From positions 224,001 through 288,000 of the forward strand of contig CAWFJJ010000030.1 in the NCBI GenBank assembly GCA_963816185.1: a stretch of 64,000 nt of DNA, read 5' to 3'. The stretch is from Thermoanaerobaculia bacterium. GTDB taxonomy: Bacteria > Acidobacteriota > Thermoanaerobaculia > UBA5066. A program made the position numbers and the translations under genes. Positions within the stretch are counted from its first letter, which is position 1, and each line of letters starts with the position of its first letter. Below the pieces are notes generated by a model. It did no database searches. It saw only the letters and a list, made by a program, of their open reading frames with translations, and had not been told where the DNA came from. Below, one piece after another: positions 28,942-38,140 of this stretch.

Positions 28942-30162
28942 CTAGAGCTTCGGAACTCCTTCCGGATGATTCCTGAGGAATACCGTGGTCCCGATCAGGA
29001 GCAGCAGCATCCCGTTGCCGACGAGGACCCACGGGACGGGCACGAGCGCCACGAGCAAGCCCGCGACGACGCTGCCGAGCGGCATCGCGCCCCGGAACGC
29101 CAGCGAGTAGACGCTCACGACGCGGCCGCGCATGGCGTCGTCCACGTTCGTCTGGACGAGCGTCATGAACATCGCGAACACGATCATGAGGGCGGCGCCC
29201 GCGATGAAGAGGAGCGCGAACGACACCCACTTCACGCGCGAGAGCGCAAATCCGATCATGAGCGCGCCGAACGTCATCTGCATCGCGACCGCGAGGGCGC
29301 CGCGGCGCTTGACGTGGCCGAAGCCAGCGGCCCCGAGAGCTCCGACGACGGCCCCGAGGCCGAAGACCGCGAGGAACGTCGCGAGGACCTTCACGTCCCC
29401 CTTGAACACGTTCTTCGCGAAGACGGGGAGGAACGTCAGGAGCGGGAACGCGCAGAGGCTCCCGACGAACGACAGCCCGATGAGCCCGCGCAGCGCGCGG
29501 TCGCCGTGCGCGGCCTTCAGGCCGGCCTTCAAGTTCTCGAGGACGCTCCCGCTCGCGATGCCAGTCGGAGCGCCGCGCCGGAGGAAGAGGAGCGCGACGA
29601 TGACCGCGAAGAACGAGAGGCCGTTGAGGCCGAAGCATGCGGCGGCTCCGAGCGTGGCGAACGAGGCGCCTGCGAGGACGGGCCCGATGACGCGGGCCAG
29701 GTTGAACTGGATCGAGTTCAGGGCGACCGCGTTCGGGACGTCCTCCCTGTCGACGAGCGTCGGGACGAGAGCCTGGTACGCCGGCCCTCCGAACGATTGC
29801 GCGAGGCCGACGACGAGCGATAGGGCGAGGATGATCCAGACCTCGACACGGTTCGTGTAGGCGAGTCCCGCGAGGAGAAACGCCGACGAAAGCTGGACGA
29901 CCTGCGACAGGAGGAGAATCCGCCGCCGGTCCATCCGGTCGGCGAGGACTCCCCCGACGAGCGAGAAGGCGAGGAACGGCGCCTGCTGGAGCGCGTCGGC
30001 CCACGCGAGGTACTGCGGTTTCCCCGAGATCGTGAGGAGGAGCCAGGCCTGGGCGACCGTCTGCATCCACGTCCCGCAGCTTGACGTGAACGCGCCCGCC
30101 CACAGGAGGCTGAAGTCCCGGTACGTGAACGCCTTGAAAACGCGAGTGAGCCGCTCACGCAC
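28942..30162 (-). CDS. MFS transporter (MFS_3/EntS-like)
   Basis: About 12 TM helices; GGVLADRMDRRR, NLARVIGP and RGRVVS. Confidence 0.9.
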   Translation of the reverse strand: MRERLTRVFKAFTYRDFSLLWAGAFTSSCGTWMQTVAQAWLLLTISGKPQYLAWADALQQAPFLAFSLVGGVLADRMDRRRILLLSQVVQLSSAFLLAGLAYTNRVEVWIILALSLVVGLAQSFGGPAYQALVPTLVDREDVPNAVALNSIQFNLARVIGPVLAGASFATLGAAACFGLNGLSFFAVIVALLFLRRGAPTGIASGSVLENLKAGLKAAHGDRALRGLIGLSFVGSLCAFPLLTFLPVFAKNVFKGDVKVLATFLAVFGLGAVVGALGAAGFGHVKRRGALAVAMQMTFGALMIGFALSRVKWVSFALLFIAGAALMIVFAMFMTLVQTNVDDAMRGRVVSVYSLAFRGAMPLGSVVAGLLVALVPVPWVLVGNGMLLLLIGTTVFLRNHPEGVPKL

Positions 30163-30189
30163 GATGCGGGAGGATAACCTCGAAGCTGC

Positions 30190-31128
30190 TCAGCGGGGCC
30201 GGCCGACGGCTGTGAAAAGCATGAGCGCGTATCGGGCCACTCGGTCCTCGAAAAGGCTGCGCGCGGCGAACCCGGCGGCCTCCACGCTCTCGCGCAAGTC
30301 CGCAGCCACGTACTTGTACGAGGCCTCCGTGAAGATCGACTCACCCTTCCGGAAGGGCACGGCGAGGCGCGCCCTCGGGATGCGCACCGTCTGCGCGCGC
30401 CGGCTCACGAGATTCATCTCCATGCGTCCTTCTCCCGCGTTCCAGACGGCCCGATGCGCGAAGGACTCGAGGTCGACGTCCGCCCCCAGCTCGCGGTTCA
30501 TGCGCGCGAGGACGTTGAGGTTGAACGCGGCCGTCACGCCGAGTGGGTCGTCGTAGGCGAGGAGGAGATCCACTTCCGGCTTCACGAGATCGGCTCCCAG
30601 GAGGAGACCATCGCCCGGCTCGAGTGCGGATCTCACGTCCCTCAAGAAGCGCGCGGCCCTCGGCGGCTCGAAATTCCCGACGTTGGACCCGAGGAAAAGC
30701 ACGAGGGCGCGCCCGCGCTTCGGGCGCTCGCGTTCGATCTCGGCGAGCCCCGCTTCGTAAGTGCCGCGGACCGTGGTGACGCGGCGGAACCCCGCCTTCG
30801 CGAGACGGGCCGTCGAGGCGACGAGGGCTTCCGGCGAGATGTCGACGAGCATGACGCGCGGGGCGCCCCCGAGGTCCTCGAGGAACAGGGTCAGCTTCTC
30901 GCCGTTGCCGGGTCCCAGCTCCGCGACGAAGGTGGGCTGTGGGGCGCGGCGCGCGACCGCGCGCGCGGCGCGGCGGAGAAGGCGCCGCTCGGAGCGCGTG
31001 ATGCGGTACCAGGGGAGCAGGCAGATGGCGTCGAAGAGGCGAGAGCCCAGCTCGTCGTAGAACCAGTGCGGCGGCAGCCGGTACGGCCTCGTGCCGAGCC
31101 CCCGGCGCACGTCGGACGCGAAGCTCAC
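30190..31128 (-). CDS. egtD: L-histidine N-alpha-methyltransferase
   Basis: LPPHWFYDELGSRLFDAIC, ELGPG, FLGSNVGN and AYDDPLGVTAAFNLN. The GTG at 31128 overlaps the upstream stop (GTGA). Confidence 0.92.
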   Translation of the reverse strand: MSFASDVRRGLGTRPYRLPPHWFYDELGSRLFDAICLLPWYRITRSERRLLRRAARAVARRAPQPTFVAELGPGNGEKLTLFLEDLGGAPRVMLVDISPEALVASTARLAKAGFRRVTTVRGTYEAGLAEIERERPKRGRALVLFLGSNVGNFEPPRAARFLRDVRSALEPGDGLLLGADLVKPEVDLLLAYDDPLGVTAAFNLNVLARMNRELGADVDLESFAHRAVWNAGEGRMEMNLVSRRAQTVRIPRARLAVPFRKGESIFTEASYKYVAADLRESVEAAGFAARSLFEDRVARYALMLFTAVGRPR

Positions 31129-32474
31129 GCGCCGGCCGTTCGGAACTTCGCGAAGACGAACGGATACTGCGTCCGGAACCAGTTGCGGAAGCTGCGCCTC
31201 ACGAGGGGCGCGGCCGTCACGGGAGACGCCCCCTTCAGGACGGCGTGGTCGCCGTCGAAGAAGTCCACCGAGTACCGCGGATACGACACCATGGGACGGA
31301 AGCCCGGGAAAGGCTGGAATGGCGACGCCGTCCACTCCCATCCGTTCCCGACGAGGTCCTGCACGCCGAACGCGCTCGCACCCGACGGGAAGGAATCCAC
31401 GGGAACCGGGTCGAAGCGAACCACGCCGAAGTTCCCGCGCCGAACGTCCGCGCTTCCCTCACCCCACGGCAGCGCGTTCTCGCCGCCGTCGGACCGCCCG
31501 AAAGCGGCGCGATGCCACTCGGCTTCCGTCGGAAGCCGGCGGCCGCGAAAGCGTGCGTACGCGTCGGCCTCCGCCCGCGAGACCCACACCGGCCAGGCCG
31601 GAGGCAGCGGCACATCCTCGAACAGCGCGCGACACCACCAGCCGCCCGCGCGCTTCAACCACGCGTGGGGATGCGTGATGCCCTCGTGCTGGATCCAGGC
31701 GAAGTCGCTTTCGACCCAGAAGGACGGCTCGCGATACCCGCCCGCCTCCACGAACTTCAGAAAGTCCGCGTTCGTGACGGGAAAGACGTCGATCTCGAAG
31801 CCGGGGACTTCGCTCACGATCCGCGGAAATTCGTTGTCCCACGCGAACGCTGACGATTCGCGGTCCAGGCCGAGCGTCGCGCGGCCCGCGGGGATCGCGA
31901 CGCTTCGCCGTGCCGGCGGCTTTCCCCCGACCCGGAGCGGCTCGAGATCCGCGGGGCGGCGCTTCGCGGCGGTGGGCAGCTCGCGCAGCATGTAAAGGAG
32001 AGTCTCCTGATGCATGAGCTCGTGCTCGACGATCGCGTGAAGGGCCTCGTTCCGCTCGGCCTGCGGGTCGTGCGCGGCATCGCGCACGACCGTCGTGATC
32101 GCGTCCTCGATCGCCGCCTCCGCGCGACTGACGTAGTCGGAAACGCGCGCCCGAGTGGGCCAGGCGAACGTCGCTCCCTCGCCCTCGTCCTTCGGATCGA
32201 TCCCACGCTCGAAGAGGCGCTCGAGCATCGGGTCCACGCCGGGCCGGCCGAGCGCGCCCTTGACGAGCGTGTTCACGACGAATGCGGCGAGATGGCCTTC
32301 GTAGAAGACGAACGGGTGCCGGACCGGAATCGGGTTGTCGAACCAGGCGTCTTCCGGAAGGAGCTGATCGAAGAGAACGCGCGTGAAGGCGCGCCCGGCG
32401 CGCCAACGCTGGAGCATGTCGTCCCGATCCACGCGAGGAGCGGGCGACGCGGACTTCGACATTGGATTCTTCAT
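31125..32474 (-). CDS. egtB: Ergothioneine sulfoxide synthase (DinB-like plus FGE-sulfatase domains)
   Basis: RHPFVFYEGH and EHELMHQET iron ligands, RLPTEAEW and GNGWEW; translationally coupled to egtD. Confidence 0.85.
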   Translation of the reverse strand: MKNPMSKSASPAPRVDRDDMLQRWRAGRAFTRVLFDQLLPEDAWFDNPIPVRHPFVFYEGHLAAFVVNTLVKGALGRPGVDPMLERLFERGIDPKDEGEGATFAWPTRARVSDYVSRAEAAIEDAITTVVRDAAHDPQAERNEALHAIVEHELMHQETLLYMLRELPTAAKRRPADLEPLRVGGKPPARRSVAIPAGRATLGLDRESSAFAWDNEFPRIVSEVPGFEIDVFPVTNADFLKFVEAGGYREPSFWVESDFAWIQHEGITHPHAWLKRAGGWWCRALFEDVPLPPAWPVWVSRAEADAYARFRGRRLPTEAEWHRAAFGRSDGGENALPWGEGSADVRRGNFGVVRFDPVPVDSFPSGASAFGVQDLVGNGWEWTASPFQPFPGFRPMVSYPRYSVDFFDGDHAVLKGASPVTAAPLVRRSFRNWFRTQYPFVFAKFRTAGA

Positions 32475-32566
32475 GCGGATCTCCGTGCAACGCCGATACC
32501 CGGCAAACGTTTCAACGGTGGCCTTCCTCTGCTACATTCTCTCCCGTCCCGCGCCGGGAGGCCCGA

Positions 32567-32857
32567 ATGAACGACGACCGCCCGAAGCCCCCCACGACGA
32601 GCGAATCCGACGACCAGCACCAGGAGCGCGTGCACGAGGCCTTCGACGACCTCGGCGCGAAGCTGGGAGACCGGGTCTCCCCCGACGCGCGCGCCACCGT
32701 CGAGCGCGTCCGCGAGGCCGCCCTCGAGAAAGACGCCGTGAAGCTCCGCGGGCACCTCGAAGACTTGAAGGAGAGGCACGGCTGGCTGTGGGAAGAGCTG
32801 ACCGCGCATCCCCGCGTCGCCGCAGTCGTCAACGAGCTCGCGCTGATGGGCCTCTGA
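32567..32857 (+). CDS. Small hypothetical helical protein
   Basis: GGAGG RBS before ATG 32567; 96 aa. Confidence 0.65.
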   Translation: MNDDRPKPPTTSESDDQHQERVHEAFDDLGAKLGDRVSPDARATVERVREAALEKDAVKLRGHLEDLKERHGWLWEELTAHPRVAAVVNELALMGL

Positions 32858-33777
32858 AGACGCCGCGGTCCTTCCCGATCTTCCTGCACGGGGAGCGCTT
32901 CAGCTACCAGAGGGCGGGACGCGGCCCCCTCGTCGTGCTGCTCCATGGGATCGCGGGCACCTCGTCCACGTGGGACGCGGTCATCCCGCGCCTCGCCGAG
33001 CACTACGACGTCCTCGCCCCGGATCTCCTGGGACACGGCGAATCCGCGAAACCGCACGGGGACTATTCGCTCGGAGCGTACGCGAACGTCGTACGCGATC
33101 TGCTCGAAGTGCTCGGAATGGGGCCGGCGACGATCGTCGGGCATTCGCTCGGCGGCGGAATCGCGATGCAGTTCGCATATCAGTTCATCGAGCGCTGCGA
33201 GCGCCTCGTTCTCGTCGACAGCGGGGGCCTCGGCCGCGAGGTACACCCGCTGCTCCGGGCCGCGACGCTTCCGGGGGCCGAGCTCGTGCTCCCCTGGCTC
33301 AGCAAGACGACCAGTCGCGGCGTGGACGCCCTCATCCGGGGCATGAGTCGCCTGGGCATCCGGGCGGGACCCGACCTCGACGAGACGTGGCGCAGCTTCG
33401 TTTCGCTCGAAGAGCCCGCGGCCCGGCGCGCGTTCATCCAGACGGTTCGGGGTGTGATGGATTACGGCGGGCAGCGCGTGAGCGCGAACGAACGCCTGTA
33501 CCTCGCCGAAGGACTGCCGACTTTGATCGTCTGGGGCGAGAAGGACCCGCTCATTCCCGTGCGGCATGCGCGCGAAGCGCACGAGCGGATGGCGGGGAGC
33601 CGACTGGAGATCTTCCCCGACGCCGGCCACTTCCCGTACCGCGACGACCCGGAGCGGTTCGTCTCCGTTCTCATCGACTTCATCGGGACGACGAGGCCTT
33701 TGCGTGCGGACACGAAGCGCCTGCGCGAGCGGCTGCGGGCCGGGCCGGTCACGCCTTCTTCGGCTCCCTCTTCTTGA
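32854..33777 (+). CDS. Alpha/beta hydrolase
   Basis: LLHGIAG, DLLGHG, GHSLGG, WGEKD and GHFP. No ATG/GTG lies near the N-terminus, so a CTG start overlapping the upstream TGA is likely. Confidence 0.88.
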   Translation: MKTPRSFPIFLHGERFSYQRAGRGPLVVLLHGIAGTSSTWDAVIPRLAEHYDVLAPDLLGHGESAKPHGDYSLGAYANVVRDLLEVLGMGPATIVGHSLGGGIAMQFAYQFIERCERLVLVDSGGLGREVHPLLRAATLPGAELVLPWLSKTTSRGVDALIRGMSRLGIRAGPDLDETWRSFVSLEEPAARRAFIQTVRGVMDYGGQRVSANERLYLAEGLPTLIVWGEKDPLIPVRHAREAHERMAGSRLEIFPDAGHFPYRDDPERFVSVLIDFIGTTRPLRADTKRLRERLRAGPVTPSSAPSS

Positions 33778-34516
33778 ACACCCACGCCATCAGCACCCCC
33801 AGCAAATAGAGCGCGCACATCGGCAGGGCGAAGGCGCACTGCGTGGGGATGTCGGGCGTGGGCGTGATGAGCGCGGCGACGATGAAGATGATGAGGACGG
33901 CGTAGCGGAACTTCGAGAGCAGCCACTTCTCGGTCACGACACCCATGCGCGCGAGGAAGAAGATGAGGATCGGCGTCTCGAAGACGAGCCCCATGCCGAG
34001 GAGCAGCTTCGACGTGATGTCGAGGTAGTCCTCGATCTTGAGGACCGGCATGAAGTCCTCGCCCGTCGCCACGAGGAACTTCGCCACCATCGGGAAGCCC
34101 ACGGCGTAGCCGAAGTACCCGCCGCCCACGAAGAAGACGACGGACATGATCACGAACGGCCACACCCACTTCCGCTCGTGGCGGTAGAGCCCCGGCGCGA
34201 TGAAGAGCCAGACCTGGTAGAGGATCACCGGGCTCGCCACGAAAACGCCCGCGAGGAGGGCGATGTTGATGTAGAGCATGAAGGGCTCGGTGAGCTGCGT
34301 GTACGCGAGCTTCGTCCCGGGCGGCAGGGCCGAGAGAACGGGCTTCTCGAGCCACTGGAAGATCTCCTTCGACCTCCACCAGCACAGGAGGAAGCCGACC
34401 GCGATCGCGAGGGCCGAGACGAAGAGCCGTTTGCGGAGATCCTCGAGATGCTCGAGGAACGACATCCGCGGGAGCTCTTCTTCCCCGTCTTCCTTTCTCG
34501 GAGAGTCGTCCGTCAC
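33749..34516 (-). CDS. tatC: Twin-arginine translocase subunit C
   Basis: MSFLEHLEDLRKRL, YQVWLFIAPGLYRHE, FETP and AALITPTPD. Confidence 0.95.
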   Translation of the reverse strand: MTDDSPRKEDGEEELPRMSFLEHLEDLRKRLFVSALAIAVGFLLCWWRSKEIFQWLEKPVLSALPPGTKLAYTQLTEPFMLYINIALLAGVFVASPVILYQVWLFIAPGLYRHERKWVWPFVIMSVVFFVGGGYFGYAVGFPMVAKFLVATGEDFMPVLKIEDYLDITSKLLLGMGLVFETPILIFFLARMGVVTEKWLLSKFRYAVLIIFIVAALITPTPDIPTQCAFALPMCALYLLGVLMAWVFKKREPKKA

Positions 34517-34851
34517 GACGGCGTCTGCGGCGTCGTGGCGGGCGCGGGCTCGGCGGCTTTCTGCTGGGCCACGGCGCCTTCGGCGGGCGCGAGGGCGGGC
34601 GCTTCAGGCTTCGGCTCCGGCTTCGGCTCGAGCTTCAGGTCGGGCTTCAGATCGCTCGAGATCGAGTCGAGGCCGGCCTGCGCCTTATCCATCTCGTCCT
34701 GGATCGAGCGCTTGAGGTCGTTCGAGGCGCGCTTGAACTCTCCGAGCGCCTTTCCGACCTGCTTCCCGATCTCGGGCAGCTTCTTCGGGCCGAAAAGAAG
34801 CAGCGCCAGAAGCATGATCATCATGAGCTCCGGCATGCCGAGATTGCCCAT
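34513..34851 (-). CDS. tatA: Twin-arginine translocase subunit TatA/TatB
   Basis: LGMPEL...LLFGPKKLPEIGKQVGKALGEFK; adjacent to tatC. It could be TatB-type. Confidence 0.85.
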   Translation of the reverse strand: MGNLGMPELMMIMLLALLLFGPKKLPEIGKQVGKALGEFKRASNDLKRSIQDEMDKAQAGLDSISSDLKPDLKLEPKPEPKPEAPALAPAEGAVAQQKAAEPAPATTPQTPS

Positions 34852-34956
34852 CGAGGCGCCTCCTGCGCGTCCGCGATGCTCCGACGGCGCCCCGGCGAAG
34901 TCAAGAAGCCCTTCCCACGCGTGCTACGCTTCCTGCGGCCTGGGAGGGCTTCCACC

Positions 34957-36612
34957 GTGACCGATCCGACCCGCCGTTCCGCTCGCCGCCTGCTCGCCGC
35001 CGCCGCCTTTCTCCTCACGGTCACCGTGGCCGGCGGAATCGCGGGCGGACGCCTCGGGGCCGCCTCCGACGCGTCGAATCCGGGATTCAAGGAATATTCC
35101 GACATCCTCGCGACGGCGCGGGCCTGGTACGCCGACGACGTTCCGGCGAACAAGCTCGTCTACGCGTCGATACACGGGATGCTCGGCACGCTCGACCCGC
35201 ACACGAACTTCCTCGAGCCCGAGGAGTACTCCTCGATGGTCGAGAAGCAGCGCGGCTCGTTCTACGGGCTCGGCATCATCATCAGCAAGCGCAACGGCAA
35301 GGTCACGGTCATCACGCCCGTCGAGGGCTCGCCCGCCGAGCGCCTCGGCATCCGCGCGGGCGACGTCATCGACCGCGTCGAGGGGCAGAGCATCGACGAC
35401 CTCCCGGTCGACGCCGTCGTCAAGAAGCTCAAGGGCCCGAAGGGCACGAAGGTGAACATCACGATCCTGAGGCCGGGGCTCGAAGAGCCTCTCCAGATGA
35501 CGGTCACGCGCGCGGAGATCCCCACGAACTCCGTCTCGTACGCCTTCATGGTCGAGCCGGGCGTCGGGTACATCCGCCTGAAGGACTTCACGCACACGTC
35601 CGCGCCCGAGCTCCAGGAGACCTGGGAGAAGCTCGCGAAGCTGGGCATGAAGAAGCTCGTTTTCGACCTGCGCGGAAACCCCGGCGGGCTCCTCGACCAG
35701 GCCATCGCCGTGTCGGACTTCTTCCTCACGAAGAACGAGAAAGTCGTCGTGACGCGCGGCCGGAACGGCGCCCAGGAGCAGAGCTTCACGGCTCCCGGCA
35801 AGAACACCCACTCGCGCATCCCCGTCGTCGTCCTCGTCAACAAAGGCTCCGCGTCGGCGTCCGAGATCGTGGCCGGCGCGCTCCAGGACCATGATCGCGC
35901 CGTCATCGCGGGCCAGACGAGCTGGGGAAAGGGCCTCGTGCAGTCCGTCTACAACCTCTCGGACGGCGCCGGCCTCGCACTCACGTCGGCGAAGTACTAC
36001 ACGCCCTCCGGCCGCTGCATCCAGCGCGACTACAAGGACGTTCTCGAGTACCTCTCCCCCGAGGACGAGGACAGCGAGGGCGAGGAGACCGGACCCGCGC
36101 GCGAGGCACCCTCCACCCAGAGGAAGGAATCCTTCCGGACGGAGTCCGGAAGAATCGTCTACGGCGGCGGCGGCATCACGCCCGACGTCTTCGTGAAGGC
36201 GCCCACGCTCTCGCACTTCGCGGCCATGCTCTATGCGCGCGGCCTCTTCTTCGAGTTCGCGGTGGACTATCGTGCGAAGCACCCCGACATCCCGCGCGAT
36301 TTCCAGGTGACGCCCGCCATTCGCGAGGAGTTCTACAAGTTCGTCGACGCCAAGCCCGGCCTGCCGTTCGAGGGCAAGACGAAGACGTCGTACGAGGCCG
36401 AACCCGACCCCTCGATGCTCGACCGCGCCATCCAAGAGGAGCTGCTCACGGCGGCGTACGGGCGGGAAGCCGGCTATCGGGTGCAGATGGAAGGCGACGT
36501 CCAGCTCAAGAAGGCCCTCACGCTTTTCCCCGAGGCCGAGAAGCTCGCGATGGCCCACCAGCAGATGCAGCTCGCGAAGAACTCCGACCTGAAGGGGCCG
36601 GTGAAGCCGTAG
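34957..36612 (+). CDS. ctpA: S41A carboxy-terminal processing protease (PDZ)
   Basis: LDPHT, DLRGNPGG, SASASEI, WGKG, TPSGRCIQ and GITPD. Confidence 0.92.
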   Translation: MTDPTRRSARRLLAAAAFLLTVTVAGGIAGGRLGAASDASNPGFKEYSDILATARAWYADDVPANKLVYASIHGMLGTLDPHTNFLEPEEYSSMVEKQRGSFYGLGIIISKRNGKVTVITPVEGSPAERLGIRAGDVIDRVEGQSIDDLPVDAVVKKLKGPKGTKVNITILRPGLEEPLQMTVTRAEIPTNSVSYAFMVEPGVGYIRLKDFTHTSAPELQETWEKLAKLGMKKLVFDLRGNPGGLLDQAIAVSDFFLTKNEKVVVTRGRNGAQEQSFTAPGKNTHSRIPVVVLVNKGSASASEIVAGALQDHDRAVIAGQTSWGKGLVQSVYNLSDGAGLALTSAKYYTPSGRCIQRDYKDVLEYLSPEDEDSEGEETGPAREAPSTQRKESFRTESGRIVYGGGGITPDVFVKAPTLSHFAAMLYARGLFFEFAVDYRAKHPDIPRDFQVTPAIREEFYKFVDAKPGLPFEGKTKTSYEAEPDPSMLDRAIQEELLTAAYGREAGYRVQMEGDVQLKKALTLFPEAEKLAMAHQQMQLAKNSDLKGPVKP

Positions 36613-37132
36613 AAGAGCTGGGCCTCACCAGGAACCACCACAACAGGAACGCCGCCGCGTAGCACCCCACGAACCGCCAGAAGTGCGTGGCGGTGGCCCA
36701 GACGTTCCGCGCGAAGGCGCCGTAGTACGCCGCGCTCCACGCTCCGAGGCGCGTCGCGTAGAAGCTCTCCACGGCGGCGACGAGCGCGAGAACGTGCAGC
36801 GCGAAGAGGACCGCGAGGCTCACGACGGCCCCGCGGACCGCGCGGTCGCGGAACAGGCCCCGCGTCGTGGCCGCGAGCGTCAGGAAGAGGATGACGTCGA
36901 ACGTCAGATCGTCGGCCGGCAGCGACGGCCGGTCGGACGTGGACGGGAAGTCGGCCCGATCGATCACGATGCGCCTTTCCTCGGCGTAGAGCCGCGTTGC
37001 GCGCGGCCGCTCGACGGCGCGGATCAGGCTCTCGGCAAACCCCGCGAGTAGGCGGTTGTAGGCCGGCGTCGCCGCCCACCAGAGCGCGAGACCGACCGCG
37101 AAGCCGGCGAGGGCTCTAGCCGCGAGCTTCAG
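36518..37132 (-). CDS. Exosortase H-associated membrane protein
   Basis: The frame is open from CTG 37132 (GGAGG upstream) and gives LKLAARALAGFAVGLALWWAATPAYNRLL...; about 4 TM helices; directly downstream of the exosortase. Confidence 0.65.
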   Translation of the reverse strand: MKLAARALAGFAVGLALWWAATPAYNRLLAGFAESLIRAVERPRATRLYAEERRIVIDRADFPSTSDRPSLPADDLTFDVILFLTLAATTRGLFRDRAVRGAVVSLAVLFALHVLALVAAVESFYATRLGAWSAAYYGAFARNVWATATHFWRFVGCYAAAFLLWWFLVRPSSSTASPAPSGRSSSRAASAGGPSRASRPRGKA

Positions 37133-37622
37133 CTCGGCCTCCGCCTCCCGCGCGCCGGCTCCAGGCGAGGAAGATCCCGACGGCGAGCAGGATCAGGGCC
37201 GTCTGCCAGATCGCCGCGTGAAACAGCTCGAAGACGTCGCGATGATGAACGCCGAGCCAGAACAGCGAGACGATGCGGAACAGATTCACGCCCTGGATCA
37301 ACGCGAGCCCCGCGGCGATTCCCAGCGCGCGCTGCTTCGCCGATGCGGGAAAAGCGAGCATCGCGGCCACGAGGAGGAGCGCCGCCTCGATCCCGTTGCA
37401 CCCGTTCTTGACGTCCACCGCGAACGCGGGGGACTGGATGACCGTGCCGAAGGACTGCGCCCTCTCGCCGAGCGCGGCGAGGAGCGCCGTCGAGACGCGC
37501 ACGAGGAGCTCCGTGAACGGCACGACGACGCGGTCGTTCACCGGCTGGATCGCGACAAGGAGATAGAACGCACCGAGGGCGACGACGAACCGGATCAGGA
37601 ACTTCTTCTGCGCGGGCTGCAT
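37116..37622 (-). CDS. xrtH: Exosortase H-type membrane transpeptidase
   Basis: Short single-domain exosortase with the Cys-Arg-His triad in KNGCNGIEA, NLFRIVSLF and FHAAIWQ. Confidence 0.82.
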   Translation of the reverse strand: MQPAQKKFLIRFVVALGAFYLLVAIQPVNDRVVVPFTELLVRVSTALLAALGERAQSFGTVIQSPAFAVDVKNGCNGIEAALLLVAAMLAFPASAKQRALGIAAGLALIQGVNLFRIVSLFWLGVHHRDVFELFHAAIWQTALILLAVGIFLAWSRRAGGGGRAEARG

Positions 37623-37658
37623 CGAAACGGGATGAGGATAAGGGTTTTTTGCTTCGGA

Positions 37659-37675
37659 GCGCGCCTTCGGCGCGC
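37659..37675. repeat. REP-like GC hairpin at the edge of the Rhs island
   Basis: GCGCGCC-TTC-GGCGCGC. Confidence 0.4.
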
Positions 37676-37738
37676 CGGAGGAGCGAGGGGTTCTCTATTC
37701 GGCGCCCCCGGCGGCTGCCCGGTACGCGTCCTCGGGCT

Positions 37739-38140
37739 TCAGCGCATGGCTGAGAAGTAGAGAAACGCCACGTACGCCAGCCCCGCTAGCACGGCGCCGA
37801 TGATGACCCGCTTCATCCAGAGTTCGATGCGATCAAGTACCCTGCCGCCCTGCCACCATCGTATCGGCGGCTCATCTTCCCGCAGTTCCTCGATATCACA
37901 GGTGTGGCCGCTGGCAGCGGCCGAGACTTCGCCGCAGACAGGGCACTTTTCGTATTCACAATCCGGTACATGGAACTGGCCCCGTTCAACGCCGCAGCCA
38001 TTGCAGGGCGCATCCCCCCACCCCGCGCCTTCATCACCATACTTGATCCGGGGAACTTGCTTTCCATTTACGGTGTAATGGGTAAGCGCCTGTGCGTTGG
38101 CGATCCGCTTCTTCCAGGCCTCGCTCGTCTGCCTTCTCAT
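37739..38140 (-). CDS. Candidate immunity protein: Cys-rich Zn-binding domain plus C-terminal TM
   Basis: ATGA overlap with the toxin stop codon; CNGC..H..C....CPVC..C; low GC like the toxin tip. Confidence 0.65.
   Translation of the reverse strand: MRRQTSEAWKKRIANAQALTHYTVNGKQVPRIKYGDEGAGWGDAPCNGCGVERGQFHVPDCEYEKCPVCGEVSAAASGHTCDIEELREDEPPIRWWQGGRVLDRIELWMKRVIIGAVLAGLAYVAFLYFSAMR

Noticed and set aside
6-35000. Numerous long antisense or alternate-frame ORFs (e.g. 6-1154, 4058-6049, 18075-20534, 24175-27084)
   Set aside because: They are shadow ORFs expected in high-GC DNA, overlap well-supported genes and lack motifs.
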